Shown: positions 50,962 through 60,900 of the stretch, piece after piece
Position numbering within the stretch: position 1 is the stretch's first letter
How the letters are laid out: the number at the start of each line of letters is the position of its first letter
Assembly: GCA_964634205.1 (NCBI GenBank)
Contig: CAZWKE010000001.1
Location: forward strand, 33,325 to 97,324
DNA from: an uncultured Spirochaetaceae bacterium
Lineage (GTDB): Bacteria > Spirochaetota > Spirochaetia > SZUA-6 > RPPD01
Direction of reading: 5' to 3'
Length of the DNA: 64,000 bases
The notes under the pieces: model-generated
What the model saw: the letters and a program-made list of their open reading frames with translations, nothing else
Databases searched by the model: none
Told to the model about the DNA's origin: nothing
Made by a program: the position numbers and the translations under genes

Positions 50962-52383
50962 TTATATTTTATCGATCAGAATGGAACATTTTCCCGACGG
51001 AATGGGAAGTGTTTTCTTTTTTTGGCCGATTATATTCACTGTAAAATAGTACAGCTTTTCGGATTCCAGTTTGATCTCCCATCCCCGTGCGCTTTTATTG
51101 CTTAATATGGTTATCAGGTTTCGCTTCAAAGACAGGTCTTCAATACCCATAATTTCCAATGTGGGGATTATCCAGTCGACTGTTTTGCGGGGGAGTGAAA
51201 TCGAAAGTCCGATAACATTCTCAATAATCAATGCAACAGTCGAGAGTGCCGCATAGGGCAGGTACAGATTACGGGGAAAATTATCCTTTTTGGACCATTT
51301 GGCCTTTCCTTCCTTTACCGGACAATAGGCCTCCCAAAGTGTCCCCGGACTGTTGTCCGCCGGGTGGGCGCTGTCCAGAATATAGTAGAGGTGGCGGATG
51401 GCACACTCACGAGCCAGATCGAACCTGCCGTATTTTTCCAGGCCTTTTATTACAATATAGGTAAATGGGGGAAATACCGAACCACGAAAGCCGTTCCCTG
51501 TTCTATCAAACTGTTTGCTGTTGGCGGAAAGCGAGGGGAATGGATTTTCCACACCGAATTCCTTGGGATTGGTAAGGTGGGCAATCAGTTTTTCCGCTCT
51601 TTCCTCGTTCGGTATCTCCGCCAGCAGGGGCCAGAAGGAGGCGATGGTCTTGGTACGGACCTGTTTTTCTTTTTTATCAAGATCATAGTAAAAGCCGTCG
51701 TCACTGTTCCACATCAGCGAATTGATTCTGGTCTTCAAGGAAAAATAATATCGTTTATAGCGATAACTTTTTTCTTTGTCGTTCAGAATATCGTAAAGCA
51801 GCGACATATACAGGGCATTTAACGCCTGCTGTGAATTGAAGTCAATTGGATATTCCATTTCACTGCGGGGAGCATTTTCCATCATTGTAGCAATCAGGGG
51901 AACGGAGTACAGCCCGTTTTCCTTTTTAAGCTTACTTTCCAGCCAGTGATAATACAGATCGAGTTTTGATATGATTTCTTTTATGCGTTTCTTCGAACCG
52001 ATTTTATGGTAAATATTAAACTCCGCCCAGGAAAAAAGCGGCGGAAGCACCCCCGCGGGGTTTTTTTTATGAAATATCGGGTTCCCATCCTTTTCACTGT
52101 ATTCACCGTAAATAGCCCCGTTCTCTTCCTGCTTTGCGTAGAAATTATCCAGCATGGGAGTGACGGGGAAGTTCTTATTGCTGTACACCAGGAAGAATGT
52201 GGAAAAACAGGCGGCAAACTGGTTGATGCTTTCACTCTGCGGATAATTGAAATATTTGGAGTGAAAACCGTTTTCAGAAGTGCCTTGTTTCCATGAATTT
52301 TTTATCCAGTTCCATGTCTGGTTGTAGAGGTCGACAATGTCCTGATCGTAAAAATGAACCTTGGGGAATTCTTTCTTTAACAC
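50962..52383 (-). CDS. MGH1-like / GH63-type (alpha/alpha)6 glycoside hydrolase
   Basis: MENAPR, WNSDDGFYYD, TIASFWPLLA, GSVFPP, LWEAY. Confidence 0.75.
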   Translation of the reverse strand: MLKKEFPKVHFYDQDIVDLYNQTWNWIKNSWKQGTSENGFHSKYFNYPQSESINQFAACFSTFFLVYSNKNFPVTPMLDNFYAKQEENGAIYGEYSEKDGNPIFHKKNPAGVLPPLFSWAEFNIYHKIGSKKRIKEIISKLDLYYHWLESKLKKENGLYSVPLIATMMENAPRSEMEYPIDFNSQQALNALYMSLLYDILNDKEKSYRYKRYYFSLKTRINSLMWNSDDGFYYDLDKKEKQVRTKTIASFWPLLAEIPNEERAEKLIAHLTNPKEFGVENPFPSLSANSKQFDRTGNGFRGSVFPPFTYIVIKGLEKYGRFDLARECAIRHLYYILDSAHPADNSPGTLWEAYCPVKEGKAKWSKKDNFPRNLYLPYAALSTVALIIENVIGLSISLPRKTVDWIIPTLEIMGIEDLSLKRNLITILSNKSARGWEIKLESEKLYYFTVNIIGQKKKTLPIPSGKCSILIDKI

Positions 52384-52392
52384 TCGTGCTCC

Positions 52393-53481
52393 TTACCAAA
52401 AATCTCTGTTTTCTGTTTGCCGTGCTACCTCGGTGTAAATTTTCCGATAAAGCTGGTGAAGCGGAATTTTCGTCGATTTACTCAATGAAATGACATCTTC
52501 GATTTCCGGAACGGCCTTTATACATTTATCGTCTAAAAATCCGTATTTTACATGTATTTCACCGAAAGAAGACTGAAAATTTCTCAACTCACGTTTGAGG
52601 ATTCTTCGTTCCGTGACGTACCTGCGCAGACCGAAGGTTGAGGTTGTCTGCAACAATAATTTTTCAATCATAACACACTGTTCCGGCGCACAGAGTACCT
52701 GTATCAAAAAACCCGGTCTCCCCTTTTTCATGGTAGCCGGCATAATACTAAAATCAAGCGCTCCCCGCTCCAGAATAAGCTGCATGGCCGCGGCGATTAT
52801 TTCCGGGGTGGAGTCATCGATGTTCGTCTCCAGTACAACAATAGTATCCGCCTGCCCCCCTGCTTTTCCCTGATGATATTCGAACAATTTAGCCGTTACA
52901 TCAGGGGAAAGCGGATCCGCAATTTCTGTAATATTGTTCAGTTCCATTTCGCAATTTTCCGTAAATGGTGTAAAAAATGTATTGAGAAATATTGCGCACA
53001 GCGCAGATATTTCTCCGGCCCGGATACTCGTCAGGATGCGTGTCCCTTTAAAAATCTCAAATACCTCAGCCGCTGAGTGTAATCCTATACATGGTGTTGA
53101 TACTAGAAATTTATTATTAATTTTGTTTTGTAATTGTATAATGCAAATATAAATAAATAAGGACCAGGGGTCAAGATTTTTCAGATCCGCCTGTTTTACG
53201 AACCGTCCGGCTTGTGGTGCGTCTGCTGCAAGAACCTGAAAATATACTGTACAGTCCATGCTGTTATATGACGCAAGCGTATTTTGCAGTTTTTGCAGAT
53301 CCTGTTCGGTTTTCGGCTTTTCCAAAAACGCGGTAATATCTTTTATAAAAGGAAACGGTTTTTTACGGTTGAGCTCCAAAAATAATTCGGATAAAACTAA
53401 GGGAGCAGGCGATGTAAGTTGAAAAAGTGCGGCATAAAGCAGTTCGGGTGATACCCCGGTTGAGAGATCCAGCAGATACAT
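52393..53481 (-). CDS. larC: LarC-family protein with a conserved C-terminal half and a degenerate, His-poor N-terminal half
   Basis: LETNIDDSTPE, MKKGRPG, TSTFGLRRY, FGEIHVK, PEIED. Confidence 0.8.
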   Translation of the reverse strand: MYLLDLSTGVSPELLYAALFQLTSPAPLVLSELFLELNRKKPFPFIKDITAFLEKPKTEQDLQKLQNTLASYNSMDCTVYFQVLAADAPQAGRFVKQADLKNLDPWSLFIYICIIQLQNKINNKFLVSTPCIGLHSAAEVFEIFKGTRILTSIRAGEISALCAIFLNTFFTPFTENCEMELNNITEIADPLSPDVTAKLFEYHQGKAGGQADTIVVLETNIDDSTPEIIAAAMQLILERGALDFSIMPATMKKGRPGFLIQVLCAPEQCVMIEKLLLQTTSTFGLRRYVTERRILKRELRNFQSSFGEIHVKYGFLDDKCIKAVPEIEDVISLSKSTKIPLHQLYRKIYTEVARQTENRDFW

Positions 53482-54228
53482 CTATTCCCCGATCCGGTTG
53501 ATAAGCGCCGCGGTATACCCTGCCCCAAAGCCATTGTCTATATTCACCACGGTTACCCCCGGGGCACATGAGTTGAGCATGGTGAGCAATGGCGCAATCC
53601 CGTTTAGGTGCGCTCCATACCCCACAGAAGTGGGGACGGCGATTACCGGACAACTTACCAATCCGGCAATGACACTTGCCAAAGCCCCGTCCATTCCGGC
53701 TACCGCCACTATTACCCTGCTTTCGCGCAGTGTATCTATTTTTGAAAGCAGACGGTGAATGCCCGCCACCCCGATATCCCAATAGGTCTGGACGGCCGCA
53801 CCGGCTGTCTGTGCCGTAATCGCGGCCTCCTCTGCCACCGGAATGTCCGAAGTACCTGCCGATACCACCGTTACCCTGCCGCAGGCTTTTTCCTGTGTGC
53901 CGATGACAATAACACCGCTGGTCTCAAAATAGCGTACCTGCTTAAAGTGTGCACGCAAAAGTGCTGCCGTTGATTTTTTTGCCCTGGTAAGCAGCACCGG
54001 CAAGGTGCGTTTTGCTATCTCCCGGGCAATAGAAAGGACCTGTTTATCGGTTTTATTTTTACAATAGATCACTTCGGGAAATCCCGTACGCAGCTCCCGG
54101 TAAACATCAACTTCCGCAAATCCCAGGTTTCCCGGAATCAAACCGGTTATCCTTTTTACGGCCTCTTGCGGACTGAGAGTGTGCTGTTTGATCTGTTCCA
54201 GCAGATCCAATAAATTTTCATGTTTCAT
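53482..54228 (-). CDS. larB: Nickel-pincer cofactor biosynthesis carboxylase/hydrolase LarB
   Basis: RELRTGFPEVIYC, SAGTSDIPVAEEA, DIGVAGIHRL, AGMDGAL, PTSVGYG, VVNIDNGFGA. Confidence 0.93.
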   Translation of the reverse strand: MKHENLLDLLEQIKQHTLSPQEAVKRITGLIPGNLGFAEVDVYRELRTGFPEVIYCKNKTDKQVLSIAREIAKRTLPVLLTRAKKSTAALLRAHFKQVRYFETSGVIVIGTQEKACGRVTVVSAGTSDIPVAEEAAITAQTAGAAVQTYWDIGVAGIHRLLSKIDTLRESRVIVAVAGMDGALASVIAGLVSCPVIAVPTSVGYGAHLNGIAPLLTMLNSCAPGVTVVNIDNGFGAGYTAALINRIGE

Positions 54229-54242
54229 GTTGCACCGTTAAA

Positions 54243-54271
54243 ATATTAATCTTGTAACAAAAAGGAGTCAA
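54243..54271 (-). promoter_or_regulatory. Sigma-70 promoter of larB-larC-GH
   Basis: TTGACT-N17-TAATAT. Confidence 0.65.
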
Positions 54272-54347
54272 ATCTTTTTTAAAATTAGTAATTGTATGTT
54301 ATATTTATAATATACTTACGATAATAAACTAAGAAGGAAACTGGAAA

Positions 54348-55853
54348 ATGGTGTATAAAAAAAGATACATAATTTTTATTTGTGTCTCTTTTCTTCTATT
54401 AATAATAAATATTTTTGTATGGGCGGAAGAACAAAAAATCGTTTTGGGCAGGGTGGACGCCTGGCAGGCAATAGCCGCTTTTGACGGCGTGCATATGCAG
54501 AAGGGAAAATGGGGATTTTTGGACCTGGTTCTTGATTATGGTGAATACCAGCCCGAGCAAAATACGGATATCCTGCTGCATTTTAACGGCAGTCCGGTAC
54601 ACGAAGAAAGCAGACATTACCGGGTGGATATGCAAAAAGCATTGGTTTCCACTGATTTCGCGAAGCTGGGAAAGGGAGCGGCGGCGTTTCGAAACCGTGG
54701 CGGATGCCATCTGGTTCCCCGGGGACAGGCATTGTTTAATGCCGGTACGGTGTGGGATGATTTTTCCATAGAGTTCTGGCTTTACCCGGCAAATCTTTCA
54801 CAGGGAGAAACAGTGATTTCCTGGCGTGGACTGCGGGTGGCGGATAATGAACTCGTTCCCCAAAGTTTCGAATGCAGGGTTGAGGACAGAAGTCTGGTAT
54901 GGATTTTTAATAATTTTTTTGTTTCACCGGACAGCAAGAACTATTCTTTTAAACTAAAAGGGTACAGCAAACTTCTCCCGCGTACCTGGCATCACCACCT
55001 GTTGCGCTACGACAGCACACGCGGGATTCTGGAATATCTGGTGGACGGGATTCCTGAGGGTGTTATCTATACGACCACAACATTCAGTGCCGGCGGCTCT
55101 GTGGCCAGACCGGTATTGGGAGAACCCGATGACGCGCAACTTGTAATCGGAAAGAATTTTACCGGTTTTCTTGATGAGTTTCGTGTTTCACGGGAGTATA
55201 TTAACAAAGCAAAGCTGGGAAAATATCCGTCACACAGCGGCAGTGCGGTAAGTAAAGTCTTCGATTTGGGTTACTCCGGGACACGGATTAAAAGAATTAT
55301 CGCTTCCATGGATAAGCCGGCCGACTCGGAAATTTATTTTTTTTATCGCTGCAGCGACCGGTTTCGCACCGCAAGCAGCCTTGCCTCACCCTGGGTACAG
55401 TTTACTCCCGGTACCGAATTCCCTGATTCGGTAAGCGGGAGGTACATACAGCTTCGGGTTGAATTATTTCCGGACGGTCGACAGGAGTATTCTCCGACCA
55501 TACATGAGATTACTATTATGTATGAACCGGACCTGCCCCCGATCAGCCCCGTGGGATTTAAGGTAAAACCGGGGAACGGCAAGGTGACCTTAAGCTGGAA
55601 AAAAGCCAATGAAATGGACGTGAAAGGGTATATGGTGTTTTATGGAACCGGCCCCTTGAACTATATGGGGACGGGAAGTGACCAGGGCCCGTCACCGATA
55701 GACGTCGGCAATGTGGATAGTGTCCGGATTACCGGGCTTGAAAACGGCCGACTGTATTATTTTTCTGTTGTTGCCTATGATTCTTCCACCCCCCCCCACC
55801 TCAGTGATTTTGCGGAAGAAAAAAGCGCCAGACCCTCTGAGGTTTTGGAATGA
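54348..55853 (+). CDS. Exported LamG/ConA-like + fibronectin type III protein
   Basis: Signal peptide; FSIEFWLYP, WHHHLLRYD, FTGFLDEFRVS (LamG); GNGKVTLSWK..VKGYMVFYG..LENGRLYYFSVVAYD (FN3). Confidence 0.85.
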   Translation: MVYKKRYIIFICVSFLLLIINIFVWAEEQKIVLGRVDAWQAIAAFDGVHMQKGKWGFLDLVLDYGEYQPEQNTDILLHFNGSPVHEESRHYRVDMQKALVSTDFAKLGKGAAAFRNRGGCHLVPRGQALFNAGTVWDDFSIEFWLYPANLSQGETVISWRGLRVADNELVPQSFECRVEDRSLVWIFNNFFVSPDSKNYSFKLKGYSKLLPRTWHHHLLRYDSTRGILEYLVDGIPEGVIYTTTTFSAGGSVARPVLGEPDDAQLVIGKNFTGFLDEFRVSREYINKAKLGKYPSHSGSAVSKVFDLGYSGTRIKRIIASMDKPADSEIYFFYRCSDRFRTASSLASPWVQFTPGTEFPDSVSGRYIQLRVELFPDGRQEYSPTIHEITIMYEPDLPPISPVGFKVKPGNGKVTLSWKKANEMDVKGYMVFYGTGPLNYMGTGSDQGPSPIDVGNVDSVRITGLENGRLYYFSVVAYDSSTPPHLSDFAEEKSARPSEVLE

Positions 55854-58800
55854 GAACAATGACCCTTGAAGAACGATTGGCAAGGGCGCGCACCGGCTTT
55901 CTCTTCGGTGAATATGATATGGTCGAGCGGATGCTGGAAAAAATAGTTCTGGAAAAGCCGCATCTTCCGAATGTATACAATATTCTGGGCAGTGTGTATG
56001 AGCGCAAAGGGAAATATAAGGACGCCATACAGGCATTTCATAAGGCGATTGAGTTAAAACCCGACAACGGCGAGGCATATAACAACCTTGGGGTGGCCTA
56101 TAAAAACTCGGGTGATACGGACAAGGCGTATACTATTTTACAGAAGGCATTGCACGTTACCCGCAACAAGGTGGATATTTATTATAACCTGGGAAATTTA
56201 TATCGGGACAGGGCTGATTATGAAAAATCCGAGGAGTATTACAGAAAATCATTGGAATTGAATCCTGCCTATATTCTTGCCTACAATAATCTGGGGACGG
56301 TTCTGGAAAAGATGAAACGCGATGACGAGGCTGTCAGGGTTTACCGCCAGGGATTACAGATTGATATCAATCATCCGCGTCTGCATTATAATCTTGGGGT
56401 TATTTTTAAACGAAACGGTCTTTTTAAACAGGCCAAAAGTGAATTCGAGTTCGCATTGCGGATCAGCCATGGGTGGACCCAGGCAATGAACAATCTTGGG
56501 GTTGTCTACCAGGAGTTGGGGGAGCCTGAGCGGGCTTTGCAGATATTTCGGGATATTTTAAAAACCGAACCGCAGAATTCAGAGGTACATAATAATATCG
56601 GGGTATTGCTGCAGAAACAAAAAAATTATGATGAGGCGGCAGACGCGTTCAACACGTCAATCCGCTTTAATCCACAGTATACAAGAGCTCATTTTAATTT
56701 GGCGCTGCTTTTTGCCGAAAGGGGCTTTCACAAAGAGGCCTTGGAACAGTTACAGAAAATAAAGGAGTTTGATCCCCATGACATCCAGGTACAGTTCAGG
56801 GAAGGATCCGTACTCATGGTTTTGGGGCGTTTTGATGAGGCCAAAAAATGCTTTATGCGCGTGTTGGCACAGGATCCCTCGTCGATCGACACATTGGTCG
56901 CTCTCGCTAATATCTGCATCAAGCAGGGTGAAATACAAACGGCATACGATATTCAGAAGAAGCTTGCGGCTCTTGGTTACCGTAATGCCGAGTTCCACCT
57001 GGAACTGGCCTTCATCTACAGGGAGAAAGCGAATTTTAAAAAGGCCGAGCAGGAGGTAAAATTATACCTTGAACAGAATCCCGGGGATGAGAACGCCCGA
57101 TTTCTTCTCGCGGATCTCTGTTATAAACAGAATAATTTAAGCTTCGCGCAAAATATTCTTGCAGGACTGATTAAAGGAGGAAGCACACAAGAGGAGGTGT
57201 ATTATCTTCTTGCCGGAATCTATCGTGAGCAGGGAGATTATCCCAGCGCAGTAGCGGTGTTAAAGCAGATTGTGGAAAAGCAGGGATCAAGCGAGGAAAT
57301 ACAGGATGTGGATAAACTGACCGAATCACTGAAACTTTATGAAGAAACTATCAATGAATATGAAAAAGAACATGAGGAGCAGTGGCAAAGAAACCTGATA
57401 AAATACCGTGACCTGGGAGAGGATCTCGAAAAAGAACAGGCGGACGACGAGGACGCCTTTTTGTTTGATGAACAGATATCCGATGAAGATGATGCCGTTC
57501 CCATTATCAAGGTTGGCGGAATGGAACCGGTTTTGGCGGTGAGGGAAGAAGAAGAGGAGCTAACGCTTGAAGAAAGTCCCGAACCAATACCTGAAACAGA
57601 AATAAAAAAGGTGATTGAAATCAAAGAAGAAAAGGCGCCTTCGTTGATGAATCTGCTGGATGGCCAGGAGCTTTACCGGGAAAGTCCGCACGCGCCTTTC
57701 CCCCAGGCCGGTTATGCGGCGCCGGCCGCGCCTCCTTCAGCCGTATCCGGCACGGTGGGAGCTGCCGGTACCGGCGGCCATGGGAGCCCGGGTAACAGGG
57801 AAAGTGCGTACGGCCCGGGCGACTCCGGCGGTGCAGGCGGCAGCGAAACGGGAACTGAAGCGGAATACCGGCAGCCCGGGGAAGAGCGGCCGGAAGAGCA
57901 GCTTGCGGGATATGAAAATACACTGAAAAGCCTTACCAATACGCTGCAAAACGCGGTGGATGCAGCCGGCAGGGCGATACAGCAGAATGCGCAAAACATA
58001 CAGAGCAGGGGAGGTGCCCGGGTTTCAGGGCCCCCGCCGCAAGGAGGGGGAATGCCGCAGTATGCTCCGCAATATATTGTGGTGCCGCAGTCTCCGCTGC
58101 CGGTTGAAATATCATATCGTGCCGGGAAACAGGGGGAACCGGAGGAGAACCCGGACCTGGAAAAGGACCGTTCCGGCCGGGCTGTCAACGATGAGGTTGG
58201 GGAGGAACTCGATCGGCAGGAACATACCGAAATGGAACTTCCGCAGCAGCAGGAGTCCGATGATATCGGGCAAGAGGCTGTGGAGGAAGATGTTACGGCG
58301 GAGCAGGAGGAGCCCGAAATTGAGTTGCTTGAACAAGCGGAGGATGCGCTGACATCTGGGAATGAAGATATGCTTTCGCCCGGGGAGGCGGAGACTGAAG
58401 GTGATGAGTTGGAGATTGATGATGCGGAATCCGGCGAGACGGCAGCAGGGGCTTTCCCTACGGAAAAGGATGACGAGAACCTGGGAATGCTTCAGGAAGA
58501 AGCGGAACAAGGTATAACCGTCTCCCCGATTAATCAGGAGCAGGCTGCTTTTTTCGGGGAAAAACCTCGAATTCAAAATAAACAATCGGGAAAACTTCTT
58601 GACTATTTAGCGAATATGGCAAATTATTTACCACAAGACGAGCAGTTTTTGCGATTAGAAAACGAAATCCACCTGAAAATGCAGAAAATACGTGCAAAAC
58701 TGTCAGGGAGCAAAGGGTTAATGAGAAAGATAAGGGAACATTATCAGGCCAATCCAAGGCCGGCTGTTTTACCTATTACCGCCGACGCCATTACCTCTAC

Positions 58801-58906
58801 CTTTAATTTTATAAAGAATCTTTCTTCCTATGTCCCCAACAAAGAGACGGGAACCCAGCTTGCTTTAAAGATCGATTCCATCTTAGACAAAATGAGGAGT
58901 GTATAA
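55850..58906 (+). CDS. Large cytoplasmic TPR protein with an acidic low-complexity central region
   Basis: More than 12 TPRs (e.g. AYNNLGVAY, IYYNLGNLY), then E/D-rich and P/A/G-rich segments and a helical C-terminal domain. Confidence 0.88.
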   Translation: MRTMTLEERLARARTGFLFGEYDMVERMLEKIVLEKPHLPNVYNILGSVYERKGKYKDAIQAFHKAIELKPDNGEAYNNLGVAYKNSGDTDKAYTILQKALHVTRNKVDIYYNLGNLYRDRADYEKSEEYYRKSLELNPAYILAYNNLGTVLEKMKRDDEAVRVYRQGLQIDINHPRLHYNLGVIFKRNGLFKQAKSEFEFALRISHGWTQAMNNLGVVYQELGEPERALQIFRDILKTEPQNSEVHNNIGVLLQKQKNYDEAADAFNTSIRFNPQYTRAHFNLALLFAERGFHKEALEQLQKIKEFDPHDIQVQFREGSVLMVLGRFDEAKKCFMRVLAQDPSSIDTLVALANICIKQGEIQTAYDIQKKLAALGYRNAEFHLELAFIYREKANFKKAEQEVKLYLEQNPGDENARFLLADLCYKQNNLSFAQNILAGLIKGGSTQEEVYYLLAGIYREQGDYPSAVAVLKQIVEKQGSSEEIQDVDKLTESLKLYEETINEYEKEHEEQWQRNLIKYRDLGEDLEKEQADDEDAFLFDEQISDEDDAVPIIKVGGMEPVLAVREEEEELTLEESPEPIPETEIKKVIEIKEEKAPSLMNLLDGQELYRESPHAPFPQAGYAAPAAPPSAVSGTVGAAGTGGHGSPGNRESAYGPGDSGGAGGSETGTEAEYRQPGEERPEEQLAGYENTLKSLTNTLQNAVDAAGRAIQQNAQNIQSRGGARVSGPPPQGGGMPQYAPQYIVVPQSPLPVEISYRAGKQGEPEENPDLEKDRSGRAVNDEVGEELDRQEHTEMELPQQQESDDIGQEAVEEDVTAEQEEPEIELLEQAEDALTSGNEDMLSPGEAETEGDELEIDDAESGETAAGAFPTEKDDENLGMLQEEAEQGITVSPINQEQAAFFGEKPRIQNKQSGKLLDYLANMANYLPQDEQFLRLENEIHLKMQKIRAKLSGSKGLMRKIREHYQANPRPAVLPITADAITSTFNFIKNLSSYVPNKETGTQLALKIDSILDKMRSV

Positions 58907-58909
58907 GGT

Positions 58910-59779
58910 ATGGAGCGGGAAAACGTATTATATGTAATGAAATCATATATCGAAAAAATGCCCAGCCTCCCGACCACTGTGGCCAAAATTTTACAGCTTT
59001 GCAATGATCCAAAGACCTCCCCGACGGACCTGAACAAGTTAATCGGTCTTGACCCGGTATTAATGGGGAAGGTAATGAAGCTTATTAACTCGGCTTATTA
59101 CGGACTTTCACAGAAGATCACTTCATTAGTGCGTGCCATTATTATGTTGGGTATTAATACCGTAAAGAACCTGGCGTTAAGTACCGCGGTGTTGGCAAGC
59201 CTGGGGAAAAAAACTGATTTTCAAGCCTTAAATATGGAGGGTTTTTGGAAACATTCCATCTGTGTGGGCAGTACAGCCAAATTAATCGCTAAAAAACGTA
59301 ATGTTGATCCCAAGTCGTTGGAAGAATATTTTATCGCGGGGCTGCTCCATGATATCGGCAAGATACCATTGAATAACAGGCTGTCCAAGCAGTTTATCGA
59401 GGCTTTGTCCGAGGCTGAACGGTCGCGGCATCCCCTCTATTTTGCTGAGCAGCATATTCTGAATGTGGACCACTCGGAGATCGGAAAACAGATCGTGGAA
59501 AACTGGAAACTCAGTAAGGATATAGAAGACGTGGTCCTGTTTCATCACAATTTAACCGAATACCAGGGAGATAACACCGATATCCTGTATACGGTGGCTA
59601 TTTCCAACTATTTTGCCAACATCAGTGAGTTGGGTTTTTCCGGTGATCGTTTTCCCGAGAAAGTACAGGAAGACGTCTTCGGTTACCTCGGCATCGGTTG
59701 GCAATACCTGGAACAGATCGAAGATGATATAAAAAAGGAAATCGAAAAAGCACAAATCTTTCTTGAAGTTGTGAAATAG
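58910..59779 (+). CDS. HDOD domain protein
   Basis: MPSLPTTVAKI, DPVLMGKVMKLINSAYYG, FWKHS, AGLLHDIGK, ENWKL. Confidence 0.93.
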   Translation: MERENVLYVMKSYIEKMPSLPTTVAKILQLCNDPKTSPTDLNKLIGLDPVLMGKVMKLINSAYYGLSQKITSLVRAIIMLGINTVKNLALSTAVLASLGKKTDFQALNMEGFWKHSICVGSTAKLIAKKRNVDPKSLEEYFIAGLLHDIGKIPLNNRLSKQFIEALSEAERSRHPLYFAEQHILNVDHSEIGKQIVENWKLSKDIEDVVLFHHNLTEYQGDNTDILYTVAISNYFANISELGFSGDRFPEKVQEDVFGYLGIGWQYLEQIEDDIKKEIEKAQIFLEVVK

Positions 59780-59790
59780 GAGTGTGATGC

Positions 59791-60717
59791 ATGGCGTTTC
59801 GCATGCGCTTTTGGGGCGTGCGGGGATCGATACCCTGCCCGGGGCCGGATACGGTAAGATACGGGGGAAACACCGCGTGTATTGAGCTGCGTTTTCAACC
59901 CTTAAACCGGCTGATTATTGTTGATGCGGGGTCGGGGATCCGGGCTTTAGGCGATCAGATAATGAAGCAGGACCTGCCAAAAGGCCCGATAAAAACACAG
60001 ATTTTTCTTACCCATACCCATTGGGACCATATCATGGGGTTTCCCTTTTTTACTCCCATTTATATTCCGGGGACGGAACTTACCATTTTCGGACCGGTTA
60101 CCTATGAAGAGGACACGCTGGATAAAATTGTCGGGGATCAGCTCCGCTACCGCTATTTCCCCGTACGCCAAAGTGAGCTGGCGGCCAAAATCGATTATGC
60201 CCAGCTGCAGGAGTGTGAAAAAGACCTGGGAGACGGAATCATAATGCGGACCAAGTATCTGAATCATCCCATCCTTTGTTTGGGATACCGTTTTGAATAC
60301 CAGGGCAAGGTGCTGTGTACGGCTTTCGATACCGAGCCTTTCAGAAATGTTTTCGACCAGAATAAGGACTCTCCCGACTTCGATGAGGAAGCCTTTAAAG
60401 AAGGTGAGATCGTGGCAAAACAGGAGAATGAGAAGGTGCTGCAGTATTTCAAAGACGCGGATGTGGTAATTCATGATACACAATATACGCATAAAGAATA
60501 TACGGCCGGAAAGATCGGTTGGGGGCACAGTACCTTTGAGTATGCCATAAACGCGGCCCATAAAGCCAACGTAAAAAAGCTGTTCTTTTTTCATCATGAT
60601 CCCCTGCGCCGGGATGATGAGCTTGATGAGCTGATTGCGTTTTATAAGAACAAGATAAAGGGGAAATCAGCTCTGGAAATTGAGGTGGCACGCGAGGGAT
60701 TGACACTTGACATCTAG
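59791..60717 (+). CDS. MBL-fold metallo-hydrolase (RNase Z / class II phosphodiesterase-like)
   Basis: FWGVRGSIP, YGGNTAC, DAGSG, THTHWDHIMG, HDTQY, GWGHST, FHHDP. Confidence 0.93.
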   Translation: MAFRMRFWGVRGSIPCPGPDTVRYGGNTACIELRFQPLNRLIIVDAGSGIRALGDQIMKQDLPKGPIKTQIFLTHTHWDHIMGFPFFTPIYIPGTELTIFGPVTYEEDTLDKIVGDQLRYRYFPVRQSELAAKIDYAQLQECEKDLGDGIIMRTKYLNHPILCLGYRFEYQGKVLCTAFDTEPFRNVFDQNKDSPDFDEEAFKEGEIVAKQENEKVLQYFKDADVVIHDTQYTHKEYTAGKIGWGHSTFEYAINAAHKANVKKLFFFHHDPLRRDDELDELIAFYKNKIKGKSALEIEVAREGLTLDI

Positions 60718-60791
60718 GTATTGTTTTGGTTTTATTAAAAATAGAATGGCAAAAATCATCTCATATTTTATACTTTAGTTATACGACTAAT

Positions 60792-60864
60792 GGGGGATTA
60801 GCTCAGTTGGTAGAGCGATAGGTTCGCAATCTATAGGTCAGGGGTTCAAATCCCCTATCCTCCA
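60792..60864 (+). tRNA. tRNA-Ala(CGC)
   Basis: GGGGGAT/ATCCTCC acceptor stem with G3-U70; anticodon arm ATAGG-TTCGCAA-TCTAT. Confidence 0.95.
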
Positions 60865-60900
60865 TTTTCTCTTAGAGTGCCGGAAACAAGGGGGTAAGGT

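Noticed and set aside
55789-55797. C9 tract (also C8 in mazG near 31544) as a phase-variation switch
   Set aside because: The tracts are in frame, encode Pro codons, and the C9 lies near the gene end; no evidence of length variation is available.
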